A program made the translations under genes and the position numbers. Positions 12,151-24,155 of a stretch of DNA of 64,000 bases are shown in pieces. The first letter of the stretch is position 1. Each line of letters starts with the position of its first letter. This DNA comes from Camelus dromedarius (lineage: Eukaryota), in NCBI RefSeq assembly GCF_036321535.1, contig NC_087437.1:90894001-90958000 (forward strand), given 5' to 3'. The notes beneath the pieces are model-generated. The model was not told the origin of the DNA. It did no database searches and was given only the letters and a program-made list of their open reading frames with translations.

Positions 12151-13978
12151 GTGTAGTGGCACAATATATAAAAAAGAAAATCACTACAAAGAGTGAGATT
12201 AATTAATGAGAAAAAAGCTATTCCATAATGCAAATAATTTTTAAAAAGGAAAGAATAACATAGGAAGGTAGCGGCAAACATTTTACAAATAGAACCAAGA
12301 TTCCCAAATCAATTTTCACTTATTGTGATAAATTAAACAGAATAAACACTAATGTTACAAAAATACTACTACAGAGTAAGGTTTTAAATAGGGAGAAAAT
12401 CTTAATATAATAAACTGCACACTCTGAATTTATTGTATTTTATATGAATTCCTTTTTTTCATATTTCAATTTGGGTATGATTTTAGTGAGACTTCATTTT
12501 CTATTGACCATCTACATCTGCTGGTTGTGCGAGACAGTAAAAGAAAGTGATGAGTGCCATTTATTGTTTAACACAGATTCATTGGTTCATATATTTCAGT
12601 TCCTTTTTTATTCCTATAGACTAACAGTGATTAATGTATTCTTTTATCCTAATCAATCCAAGCTTTATAAAATCAAAAGTTTATTTCAAATATTCTTCTA
12701 CATTATTCATATTTTTGGGTAGATTCACTTCAGCAGTTGTGATCATTAGTCTATGATGTTTGACAGTGGGTTGCATGTTCTCTGTAATTTAATGTGATTT
12801 GCATGTGTCATAAGAGTAGTAAAACCATTTCAGTATTCAAGGGAATAGATGTGGCCCTTGAGAGTCATCTTATTAGCATGCAAGAACAATGCATCTAACA
12901 AAAGCATGTGTTAAAAAGAATAGTATTCTCAGTGATGCATTAGAGATCCTTTCACCAATATATATTAACTTTTTTTGAAGAAAAATCAGCAGTTTGAAAT
13001 GCTCCTTGGCACCTCAAGAATTTAAAGAAAGATATTCAAGAGCAGATTAATGCTCACATAATTCAAACTCAAAGCATATTTGATATGCTTTAGAATTTCC
13101 TCACAAAAGTATGCTGGATTACATGCATAGCCAACAGAAAACTGTTATTTATATGTTTTGAATTCTAACATGCTTTAGAAAAAGCCAGAAAACCATGCTT
13201 TCAATTATTGTCTCATTTATTTTGTTAGTTAATTATGGATTACTGAAAATTATGAGGAAAAATTCCACAGAAAATTTTATGACCTAACAGTTACATAGTT
13301 GTAGATGTCACTAGAATGACACAGTAGGAAACAATGGACTCTCCTTTCCCCCTCCACAGACACAGTGATTCAATAGCAATGTATAGGCCTATTCCTTTTG
13401 TGAGAAACCTAGCAACTACCTAAGAGGTTCCTGCACCTCTAGTGAATGCAAAACCTGCAACAGAAAAATAGATAGGAAAGATGAAACACCTTCTCACCAA
13501 AATTTCCACCTTTGGTACAGCACCAGGGACAGAACACTCAATTACCAGCTTCTCCCTAAGGAGTTAAGTAGAAGGAATCCCAGCTTCTCTGGGTACTCAC
13601 CAAGGGACTAATTTCTATTTTCCCTGTCTCAGAGCACTGACAGGCCTGGTATATTCTAGCTCCCTGGGAACTACAGAGAACTAATTAGAACTTACTGGTG
13701 GGCAATCACCACAGCTTCTCTCCCTGGTACAGTGCAGAGCAAGGGGTCAAAAAATCTCCATTCTCAGATTTTTCATGAAGAGCAAAGAAATTGGACTGCA
13801 CATCTAGCATTACCAGTTCTCTGAATGCTACCTGTATAACTGACTTCTATCTCACTTGTCTTGGAGAGTTGATGGAGCTCAGAATATACTAGTGCCCCAG
13901 GGCCTACAAAGAGCAAAGTAGCAGTATGAATTAGTGGGGAAGCACTAATCACAGCAACTCCAGGCTTATTCTCTGAGT

Positions 13979-14653
13979 GTATATATGTATTTTATTGAAG
14001 TATAGTCAGTTTACAATGTTGTGTCCATTTCTGGTGTATGGCACAATGCCTCAGTCATATAGGAACATACATATATTTGCTTTCATATTCTCTTTCACCA
14101 TAAGTTACTACAAGATATTGAATATTGATCCCTGTGCTATGTAGTATAAATCTGTTGTTTATCTAATTTTTATATATTAGTTAGCATCTGCAAATCTCAA
14201 ACTCCCAATTTATCCCTTCCCATCCCGTTCCCCTCTGGTAACCATAGGTTTGTTTTCTATGTCTGTGGGTCTGTTTCTGTTTTGTAAATAAGTTTGTCTT
14301 TTTTTTTTTTTTTGAAGATTCCACATAGAAGTGATATTATATGGTATTTTTCTTTCTCTTTCTGTCTTACTTCACTTGTAATGACATTCTCCTGGTCCAT
14401 CCATGTTGCTGCAAATGGTATTATTTTATTATTTTTTATGGCTGAGTAGTATTCCATTGTGTAAATACACCACAGCTTCTTTATCAAGTCATCTGTCGAT
14501 GGACATTTAGGTTGTTTCCATGTCTTGGCTATTGTAAATAGTGCTGCTATGAACATTGGGGTGCCTGTGTCTTTTTGAATTTCATTTTTCTCCAGATACA
14601 TGCTCAGGAGTGGGATTCTTGGATCACATGGTAAGTCTGTTTTTAGTTTTTAA
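13979..14653 (-). mobile_element. Younger 5'-truncated L1 inserted in the host 5'UTR
   Basis: ORF2 C-terminus TPMFIAALFTIAKTWKQPKCPSTDD...MEYYSAIKNNKIIPFAATWMD; 3'UTR like 3890-4200; no clear TSD. Confidence 0.93.
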
Positions 14654-16097
14654 CGAGTAATAAGTCACAGATCCCAGCTTCTCCCTGGGTAGGGAAAGAG
14701 TTGGACCATATACCCAGTGTTCTAACTTTCTGGGAGCTACCCAGTGGATTGGCTTGTATCCTGCCTGTCTCAAAGTGTCAGTGGGACTTGGCACACTCTG
14801 GATGCCTGAGAACCATTAAGACCAAAGACGTAAGTTTTGGCTGGTATGAAGGTTTGAGAGGTCCACAAATGCTCAGACCAGTTTGATTGGTAAAAGATCT
14901 TCTCCTCCATGAGGCCTGTCTGGGAAGATGGAGAGGTGGTGTTTTTTTCCAATGTGTAAATATCAACACAGATTCAAGGAAAATAAAGAAACGGAAAGAT
15001 GATCCAAACAAATGAACATGAAGAAACTTTAAAAGCTATCCATAATGAAATAGAGATCTATGATTTATCTTATATAGAACTCAAAATAGCTATCGTAAAA
15101 ATGTTCAGTGAGCTCAGAAGAGTAATGCATAAACAAAAAAGGGAATTTCAACAAAGATAGAAAATCGAAAATAAAACCAAATGAAAATCTTGGATCTGAA
15201 AAATAGGATAATTGAATTGAAAAATTTAATAGAGGGGATCAGTGTTAGACTAGAGCAAGCAGAAGAAAGAAACAGAAAACTTGAAGACAAATAATTTGAA
15301 GTTATCCAGTGAGAGGAGGAAAAGTAAAAGAATTTAAGAGTCATGAAAACCTAAGAGAATTATTGGACATCATCAAGTAGATGAATATATGCATCATGAA
15401 AGTCCCCAAAGGAGAAGAGAGTCCCAGAAAGAACCAAAATACTTACAAAGAAATAATAAGCTGAAAATCTCCCAAATCTGGAAAAGGAACGGACAACCAG
15501 ATCCAGGGGAGTTCAAAGAATCCCAAGTAAGATAAGATCAAACAAATTAAGATTGAGACACATTATAATCAAATCATTAAAAGTAAAAGGCAGATAGAAT
15601 TTTGAAAACAGCAAGAAAAAAGTGTCACAAAAAGGAAACTCCTGAAAGAGTATCATTGGATTTTCCAGCAGACACCTTGTAGACCAGAAAGGAGTGGGGT
15701 GATATATTCAAAGTGCTGGAAACAAAACAAAACAAAACAAAACAAAACCACCTGCCAAACAACAATGCTATACCCAGCAAATGAAGGATGTAGACTTTCC
15801 AAGACAAACAAAAACCAAGAGAGGCTATCACCATTACCTCCCTTACAGAAAATGCCAAGGGGAGTTTTTAATTTAAAAGAAAGGAAGTTTAATAGCAAGA
15901 TGATAACACAAAGAAGCATAAACTCCTTGGCAAAGGCAAATGTGTTGATAAATACAGGATACTTTATTAGTGTAGTGGTGGTAGGTAAACCATTTTTAAT
16001 TCTAGTATAAAGTTAAAAGACAAAATATTAAAAAACAGCTATAAGTTGTCAAAGGTGGTTAAAAGGTACAAACTTCCACTTATAAGATAAGAAAGTG

Positions 16098-17095
16098 CTG
16101 TTGATAGACATTTAGTCTGCTTCCACATCTTGGCTACTGTAAATAGTGCTTCTATGAACACTGAGGTGCATGTATGTTTTTGAATTAGAGATTTTTTTGA
16201 AGATCTATGCCCAAGAGTGAGATTGCTAGATTACACAGTAACTCTATTTAAGTTTTTTTTTAAGGGATATCTGTATTGTTTTCCATAGTGGCCGCACCAA
16301 ATTTCATTCCCACCAGCAGTTTAGGAGGGTTCCCTTTTCTCCTTACCCTCTCCAGCATTTACCATTTGTGGAGTTTTTAATGATGGCCATTCTGACTGCT
16401 GTAAGACCTCATTGTAGTTTTTATTTTCATTTCTCTAATAATTAGTGATATTGAACATTTTTTAATGTGCCTATTGGCCATGTATATGTCTTCATTGGAG
16501 AAATGTCTGTTTAGGTCTTCTGCCCATTTTTTGATTGGATTTTTGTTGTTGTTGTTATTGAGTTGTATGAGCTGTTTCTATATTCTGCGAGTTAAGACTT
16601 TGTCAGTCACACTGAGTTATGGTATATCTATATGATGTAATACTACTCAGCCAAAAAAAAAGAATAAAATCATTCTGTTTGCAGAACCATGGATGGACTA
16701 GAAATTATCATACTAAACGAAGTAAGTCAGAGAAAGACAAATATCATATGATATCACTTAAATGTGGAATGTAAAATACAATACCAATAAACTTATTTAC
16801 AAAACAGAAACAAACTCACAGACATAGAAAACAAACCATAGTTACCAAAGGGGAAAGGGCAAGGGAGGGATAAATTAGAAGTTTGTGATTAGCAGATACA
16901 AAATAGATAAACAACAGTGTTCTACTTTATAGCACAGGGAACTATATTCAGTAGCTTGTAATATCCTGTAGTGAAAAAAAAATATTAAAAAAATATATAT
17001 CTGTATAACTGAATTACTATGTTGTACACCAGAACCTAACACAATATTGTAAATCAACTATATTTCAATTAAAAAATAAAAATAAATAAATAAAT
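16098..17095 (+). mobile_element. L1 with 5' inversion (minus 16098-16612, plus ~16614-17095)
   Basis: Minus part ends in sense at ...TAAATGTCTATCAACAG; plus part resumes at AGTTATGGTATAT; ends AATCAACTATATTTCAATTAAAAAATAAAAATAAA. Confidence 0.9.
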
Positions 17096-17270
17096 ATTAA
17101 GACTGTAATGTACAACATGATTAATATAATTAATACTGCTGTATGTTATATACAAAAATTGTTATAAGAATAAATCCCAAAGGTTCTAATGATAAGGACA
17201 TTTTTTTAAAAATTTTGTATCTGAGATGATGGACATTCATTAAACTTATAGTGGTAATTATTTCATGATG

Positions 17271-17328
17271 TATGTAAGTCAGATCTTTATATCATACACT
17301 ATGTAAGTCAGATCTTTATATCATACAC
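17271..17328 (+). repeat. Perfect 29-bp tandem duplication
   Basis: TATGTAAGTCAGATCTTTATATCATACAC x2. Confidence 0.97.
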
Positions 17329-17513
17329 CTTAAACTTCTACAGTACTATACATCAATTATATCTGAATAAAGCTGGAAGAAAAATATGTTAATGGAAAAA
17401 ACAATATAAATAAATATAAATTGAGATATCAATAACAAAGAGTAGCGAGTGAGGAAAAGTGTAGAGTTATGTGATTGAAGGTAAGTTTTTATCAATTTAA
17501 AATAGACTGTTTT

Positions 17514-17797
17514 GACATAGAATACAGACTTGTGGTTGCTGGGGGTGGGGGCTGGGAAGGGGTAAATTGGGAGTTCAAGATTTGCAGATACTGACTGGGA
17601 TATATAAAATAGATAAACAAGTTTATGCTGCATAGCACAGGGTAATGTATTCAATATTTTGTAGTAGTTTATAGCGAAAAAGAACATGAAAATGAATGTA
17701 AGTATATTCATGTAAGACTGAAGAATTGTGCTGTACACCAGAAATTGACACATTGTAAACTTACTATATACCTCAATAAAAAAATAAATAAAAATAT
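17514..17797 (+). mobile_element. 5'-truncated L1 3'UTR with TSD
   Basis: TSD AAAATAGACTGTTTT (17499-17513) / AAAATAGACTCTTCT (17798-17812) at TT/AAAA; G-rich 3'UTR tract and A tail. Confidence 0.92.
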
Positions 17798-18818
17798 AAA
17801 ATAGACTCTTCTAACTATAAAATAGTTTATGCAAGTCCCATGAAAACTACAGAGAAAATACATGTAAAATTTACATAAAATAAAATACACATAATATGTA
17901 TATAAAAGAAAAAGAGGGAGGAATCAAAGCAAATCAATAGTAATAAAAGAAAGAAACACAAAGAAAAAAACAAGAAAGGAAAAGAAAGACAAATGAATTA
18001 GAAAACAAACAAAACAATGAGCAAAAAACAGTAATTTCCTATCTATAGTTACTTTAAGTGGATTAAAACTGCTCAAACAAAAGACATAGAGTGGCTGTAT
18101 ATATTTTTTAAAAAGTTCTATCTATACAGTATCTGCAAGAGACCCCTTTTAGCTTTAAAGACATACTTAAGATTAAAGTAGAGGGATATAAAAAGATACT
18201 ACATAAAAATTTTACCCCAAATGAGACAGTGTACCTATACTTATATAAGACAAAATAGATGTTAAGTCAAAAATTGTTACAAGAGACAATTAAAGACATT
18301 ATATAATGATAAAAACCAACCAGGAAGACATAACAATTACAAATATATATGAAACTAGCATCACAGAACCTAAGTATAAAAAACAGACACTGGTAAATTT
18401 GAAGAGAGAAATGGACCACAATACATAAAAGTGGACTTCAATACTCCACTTAAAATAATGGAGAGAACAATCAGACAGAAAATCAACAGAGAAACAGCAG
18501 ACTTAAACAATTTTATGAACCAAATAGACCTCACACATATAAAAGAATGTTCAGCCCAACAGCAGCAAAATACACATTTCTCTTGAGTGCATGTGGAATG
18601 TTCTCCAGAAAAGGCCACATGTTAGGTCACAAAAAAGTCTCAACTATTTTAATATTGAAATTATAATAAATATCTTTTCTAATCATAGTGCAATAAATCT
18701 AGAAATTAATAGCAGAAGAAGAACTATAAAATTCACAAATATGTGGAAATTAACTCACTTAAGAACAACCAGCAGGTCAAAGAAGAAAACAAAATTGAAA
18801 TTAGAAAATAACTTGAGA

Positions 18819-19614
18819 TGAACATTGGGGTGCATGTATCTTTTTGAATTAGAGTTTCCTCTGGGTTTCTGCCCAGGAGTAGGATTGCTGGATCATAATG
18901 TAAGTCTATTTTTAGGTTTTTAAGGAATCTCCATACTGTTTTTTATAATGGCTGCACCGAACTATATTCCCACCAACGGTGTACGAGGGTTCCCACACCC
19001 TCTCCAACAGTTATCATTTGTGGACATTTTAATGATGGCCATTCTGGCTAGTGTGAGGTGATAATTCATTGTAGTTTTGATTGCATTTTTCTGATAGTTA
19101 GAGATATTGAGCATTTTTTTTCATGTGCCTGTTGGCCATTTGTATGTCTTCATTAGAGAATTGCTTATTTAGGTCTTCTGACCATTTTTTTGGATTAGGT
19201 TGTTTTGTTGTTGTTGTTATTGTTAATTTGCATGAGCTGTTTATATATTCTGGAAATTAAACCTTTGCCTGTCACATCATTTGCAAATATTTTCTCCCAT
19301 TCCATAGGTTGTTTTGCTTATGGTTTCCTTTGCTGTGCAAAAACTTATAAGTTTAATTAGGTCCCATTTGTTTATTTTTGCTTTTATTTCTATTGCCTGG
19401 GTAGACTGCCCTAAGAGAACATTGTTAAGATTTATGTCAGAAAACGTTTTACCTATGTTTTGTAATTGAGTATAATTCAATTAAAACAGAACATGTAATG
19501 GAAAAGAATCTGAAAAGAAAGTATATATGTGTGTATATGTATAACTGAATCACTTTGCTATACACCTAAAAGTAACATTGTTAATCAACTACAATTCAAT
19601 AATTTTTAAAAAAT
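18819..19614 (+). mobile_element. L1 with 5' inversion (minus 18819-19460, plus 3' termini 19461-19614)
   Basis: Perfect 15-bp TSD GAAAATAACTTGAGA at 18804-18818 and 19615-19629; minus part encodes INKWDLIKLISFCTAKET. Confidence 0.93.
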
Positions 19615-22600
19615 GAAAATAACTTGAGACAAATGAAAATGACATCACAGTATATTGAAACTTATAGGATGCAGCAGAAGCAGTACTAAGACAAGTTTAT
19701 AGCAATAAATACCTATAGTAAAAAAGAGGAAAGATCTTAAGCAACCTAACTATACACCTCAGGGAACTAGAAAATGAAGATCAAACAAAACTCAAAGTTA
19801 GCAAAAGGAGGAAAATAATAAAGATGAGAGCAGAAATAAATGAGATAGATAATAGAAAAATAAAAAAACTAAAAATTGTTTTTTGAAAAGGTAAAATTGA
19901 CAAACATTTAACTAGACTAAGAAAAATAAGTAAAGTTAAAAATGAAAAAGAAAACTTTACAACTACTTCTATAGAAATGAAAAGGATCGTAAGAAACTAC
20001 TATGAATAATTATACACAAACTAACTGAATAACCTAGAAGAAATGGGTAAGTTCATAGGAACATAAAACTATTAAGACTGAATGGTGTAGAAAAAGAAAC
20101 AGAAAGTCTGAATAGACCTACAACTAATAGGAAGATTAAATCAGTAATCTAAAACCTCCCCTCAAAGAAAATCCCAGGATTTGATGTCTCCACTCAAGAA
20201 TTCTACCAAAAATTTAAGGAATAAATAATACAGACCTTTTCAAAATCTTCTAAAAAATTGAAGAGAATACTTCAAAACTCATTTTATCAGGCCAGCATTA
20301 CCAAAGGCAGACAAAGTCCACAGGGAAAGAAAACTATGGATGAGTATCCCTGATGAACATAAATGCAAAAATCCCCAACAAAATACTAGTAAACTAAATC
20401 CAACAGCACATTAAAAGGATCATACACAATGACCAAATGGATGCATCCTGGGATGCAATGATGGTTCAACATATGAAATATGTTATACCACATAAACAGA
20501 ATGACATGATCATCTCAATAGACTCAGAAAAAGCATTTGATAAAATTCATTTTTAGCTTTTAGTGAACTAGAAATATAGGGAAATTATTTCAACATATTA
20601 AAGGCTATATATGAAAAATCCACAGCAAACATCATACTCCATGGTGAAAAACTGAAAAATTTTCTACTAATGTTAGGAACAAGGCAAGGATTCCCACTCT
20701 GTCCTCTCTATTTAATACAGTGCTGGAAGTACTAGCTAAAGCAATTAGACAAGAAAAGAAATACAAACTGTAAAGGAAAAGTCAAAGTGATCTTTGTTCA
20801 GGGATGACATAATCTTGTGCATAGAAAACCCTAAAGGCTCAACAAAAACTGTTAAAATTAAACAAATTTAGTAAAGTTGCTGAATACAAAATCATAAAAA
20901 GAAAAAAATACTGTATCTATACACTAATATTGAACTGAAAAGGAAATTTTGAAAACAGTCCTTTTACAGTAGCATCCAAATTAACAAAATATATCGAAAA
21001 AAACTTAACCAAGTAATTAAAAATTATGCAATTAAAACTATAAAGCCTTGATGAGATACATTTAAAAACCACAAATAAATGGAAAGATGGCCCATGTTTA
21101 TGGATTGAAAGACTTAATATTGTTAAAATGTTTATGTTACCCAAAGCAATGTACAGATTCAATATAATCTTTCTAAAATACTAATGGCATTTTTTTTACA
21201 GAAATATAAAAAAATTATAAAATTCATATGGAAACACAAGGGATGCCAAAAAACCAAAACAGTTTTGAAGAAGAACAAAACTGGAGGTTTCACACTTCTT
21301 GATTTCAGTATCTCAAACAGATATTAGCACTCCCATGTTCATGCAGCATTATTCACAATAGTCATATGTGGAAACAACCTAATGTCCATTGACAGATGAA
21401 TGAATAAAAAAATGTGGTACATATTTACAATGCTATGTTATTCAGTTTTTTTAAAGGAAATTCAGCAATATATGACAACATGAATGACTGTGGGGAACAT
21501 TATTCTATTGAAATAAGCCAGATCAAGAAGGACAAATATTGCATAATTCCAGTTATATGAGATATCTGAAGTAGTCAAACTCATGGAAGCAAAGAATGGA
21601 ATTGTGGTTGCCAGGGGCTTGGGAAGAGGGAAACGAGTTGCTAATCAACATATACAAAATTTCAGTTACGTGAGGTGAATAAGTTTTAGAGATCTGCTGT
21701 ACAGCATTGTGCTTATCTATAACAATATTGTACACTTGAAAGTCTTATAAGAGGGTACGTCTCAAGGCAAGTGTCATTACCATAAAATTTCAAAAATATT
21801 AATGGGTATGTAAACAAAATATATTATCCTTGGTGCCTTTCCATGTAAAATAATTCCTATTACTGGCAGTAATTTCTTTAAGATTTTTAAAAGGCAATGT
21901 TTATAGATTATAGAGATTTTAGTTTCTGAGAATATAATTATACTTTGAAATATTACAAAACAAATGAAACTAAATAGCAATTAAACATCACAATTAAGAA
22001 AAATTACATGGTTTGTGTAAATCATTAAATTGTACAGATGTTTTCTACCAAATTAATGATGCTATATTTGCTGTTATCATGGTAAAATTAATGTCACTAA
22101 CATCTATCAAGTTTACACTGGCTTGAATGAAATATTCTTAAAGTCTATTAATATTTTAATCAATGATTATTTATTCAATATCTATTGTGTGGCAAAACTT
22201 TGTAGTAACTTTCTCTCAATCCCTAATCTTGATCTATTAAAAGAATTCTTGTCGCCAGAACATCACAAATAGGTTCCATATATTACATCACCATTTCTTT
22301 AGGCTGAGTTAAACTTGACCACACACTAAAGTTTGTGGGAAACATTCCAGACAATGTGGAGAACATTTATGCATGTAGGGCTAATGCATGAGTATATGAG
22401 GATTATTAGGTAAAAAGTGACTTCTTAATAATCTTTAAATTAAATCTAAATTATCTTTAAAGAAAAGTAGATTTTCACTGAATGAATAAGGCAATTTTTA
22501 GTTTTATCATGTCCTTATCAATTAAAATGAATAGCAATAGATTTCTTTATATATCTTGATTTTAGCCTCTCAGTTGTGTAATTAGTATATTTTATAGGTC

Positions 22601-23738
22601 AATGATATTATGACGAAAGTAATTATAACACATGAATTAGAGAAAGTAGAAATGATGTTGGAATGAAGTATGATGGATGCATAAATATACTTGTGAATTA
22701 CATGAACTAGTTATCAGATAAAGCATCAGGTTTTAAATAGTTTTCATGAATTGTTTATTAGGCTTGATGTGTGCTTATAAAAGCAAATATAACCAAAGTG
22801 ACATCTTACTAAATGGAGTCAATATTACCAAAATAAATTTCTGTATATAAACTCTATAATCTGTGAAAATAGAGTCACAGATCCATGGTATAGATTTAAA
22901 TCACAATAAAATAAAATAAATAAAATAAAGTAAAATAAAATAAAATAAAATAATAACAAGATGTGAATTATTATTGTCTGTACATAAAAAATATTCCAAA
23001 TAAACATGCTGGCCACTAAATTAATCTGCATTTTTCATTTGTGTACTTTTAACCTATTGGCAATATGTGGTAATGATATGAGTGATTTGCGCTTATTAAT
23101 CAGAGTCAACAACTATCTATAATCCTGTAATTTAACAGCTTTAACTTTTAACAACTCTCTGCTATTTGATCTTGAAAATATGTTTTTATCTTGCTGATTC
23201 TTTTCTACATAGCATATTTTAAATGATATTTTATATCTCCAATTATTAATGTCACAAGATGCCTCTTTATTTACTGTAATCCTACACCACCACTTATGTT
23301 ATGTATTTAAGTACTAAGTTTCTGTTTTATTCCAAAACACCGTAAATAGTTTAAACTTACAGCTAATGAATTTTAAGCTGAGTAAAATTTTGTACAGAGA
23401 TCCTCACAAGAGGAATATCTTACATTTTTAGAAGCAGTTATTAGTAGTCCTTTTTCTACTGAATACAATTTTATGTTAGTAGTTTTGCTTTACAAACCCA
23501 GGGAGAAAATTATAATGTAAGAGTTTTCTCTAATAATTAATATGGAAACTTTGTAATTTTAATATATCACTTCATGTGTATTACTACTATGTTTAATAAG
23601 AAAACTTTGAAATCAAATAGAAATTAACAAAATGGATCACAGGAACCATCTGATTTGAAATGGTTCTGTTTTGGACTTTACAGGTAACACTGTTGTTGAT
23701 GTAGTAAGATAAAAAATACCGTTTAAAGAATTGTCAGT

Positions 23739-23880
23739 AGGGAGGGTATAGCTCAGTGATAGAGTGCATGCTTAGCATACACAAGGTCCTGGGTTCAATC
23801 CCCAGTACTGCCATTAAAAACAAACAAACAAACAAACAAACAAACAAACCTAATTACCTCTCCCCCCCAAAAATAAAAAT
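23739..23880 (+). mobile_element. tRNA-Ala(AGC)-derived SINE, camelid Vic-1-like
   Basis: GGGAGGGTATAGCTCAGTGATAGAGTGCATGCTTAGCATACACAAGGTCCTGGGTTCAATCCCCAGTAC: A box, B box GGTTCAATCC, AGC loop, CpG decay; then (AAAC)n, CCTAATTACCTCTCCCCCCC and A-rich tail. Confidence 0.85.
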
Positions 23881-24024
23881 TTATGGGATGATGGTTTAAC
23901 TTTTGTGTGTCTTCAGTAGAGTTTCAAGGCTTTTCTTTATATTTTGCAATAGTAATAATGCCTTATATGGACATAATATTTTATGGTTTTTACGTTTATA
24001 AGTCAGTTATATGTAAACTGCTTC

Positions 24025-24155
24025 TTTTAATCCTCACAGTATCCCTGTTTTTTTTTTTTTTAATTACAGAGGAGGAAACTGATGCTATAGTTGGATACAT
24101 GACTTATTCAAGATCACACAGCTGGTAAGTGGCAGATATAGAACTCAAAACCTTT
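24025..24155 (-). mobile_element. MIR
   Basis: TTACAGAGGAGGAAACTGA...AAGATCACACAGCTGGTAAGTGGCAGA core. Confidence 0.85.

Larger units (their letters stand above)
16044..17385 (+). mobile_element. L1 3'UTR fragment (two parts: 16044-16097 and 17096-17385)
   Basis: AAAAGGTACAAACTTCCACTTATAAGATAA resumes after the nested insert as TAATGTACAACATG...TCAATTATATCTGAATAAAGCTGGAAGAAAAA. Confidence 0.8.
13300..21796 (+). mobile_element. Near full-length old L1 (L1MA-like), decayed, host of five nested insertions
   Basis: Ordered 5'UTR (~13300-14900), ORF1 remnant (~14950-15900), spacer, ORF2 EN (~18010-18815), RT (AEKAFDKI-like at ~20520; LFRDDIIL at ~20795), 3'UTR to ~21790; many stops and frameshifts. 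Confidence 0.9.

Noticed and set aside
23739..23814. Functional tRNA-Ala gene
   Set aside because: Stem mismatches, mutated D-loop GG, CpG decay and a SINE-type tail.
23725..23890. TSD around the SINE
   Set aside because: AAAGAATTGTCAG versus AAAAATTTATGGG is too divergent to call.
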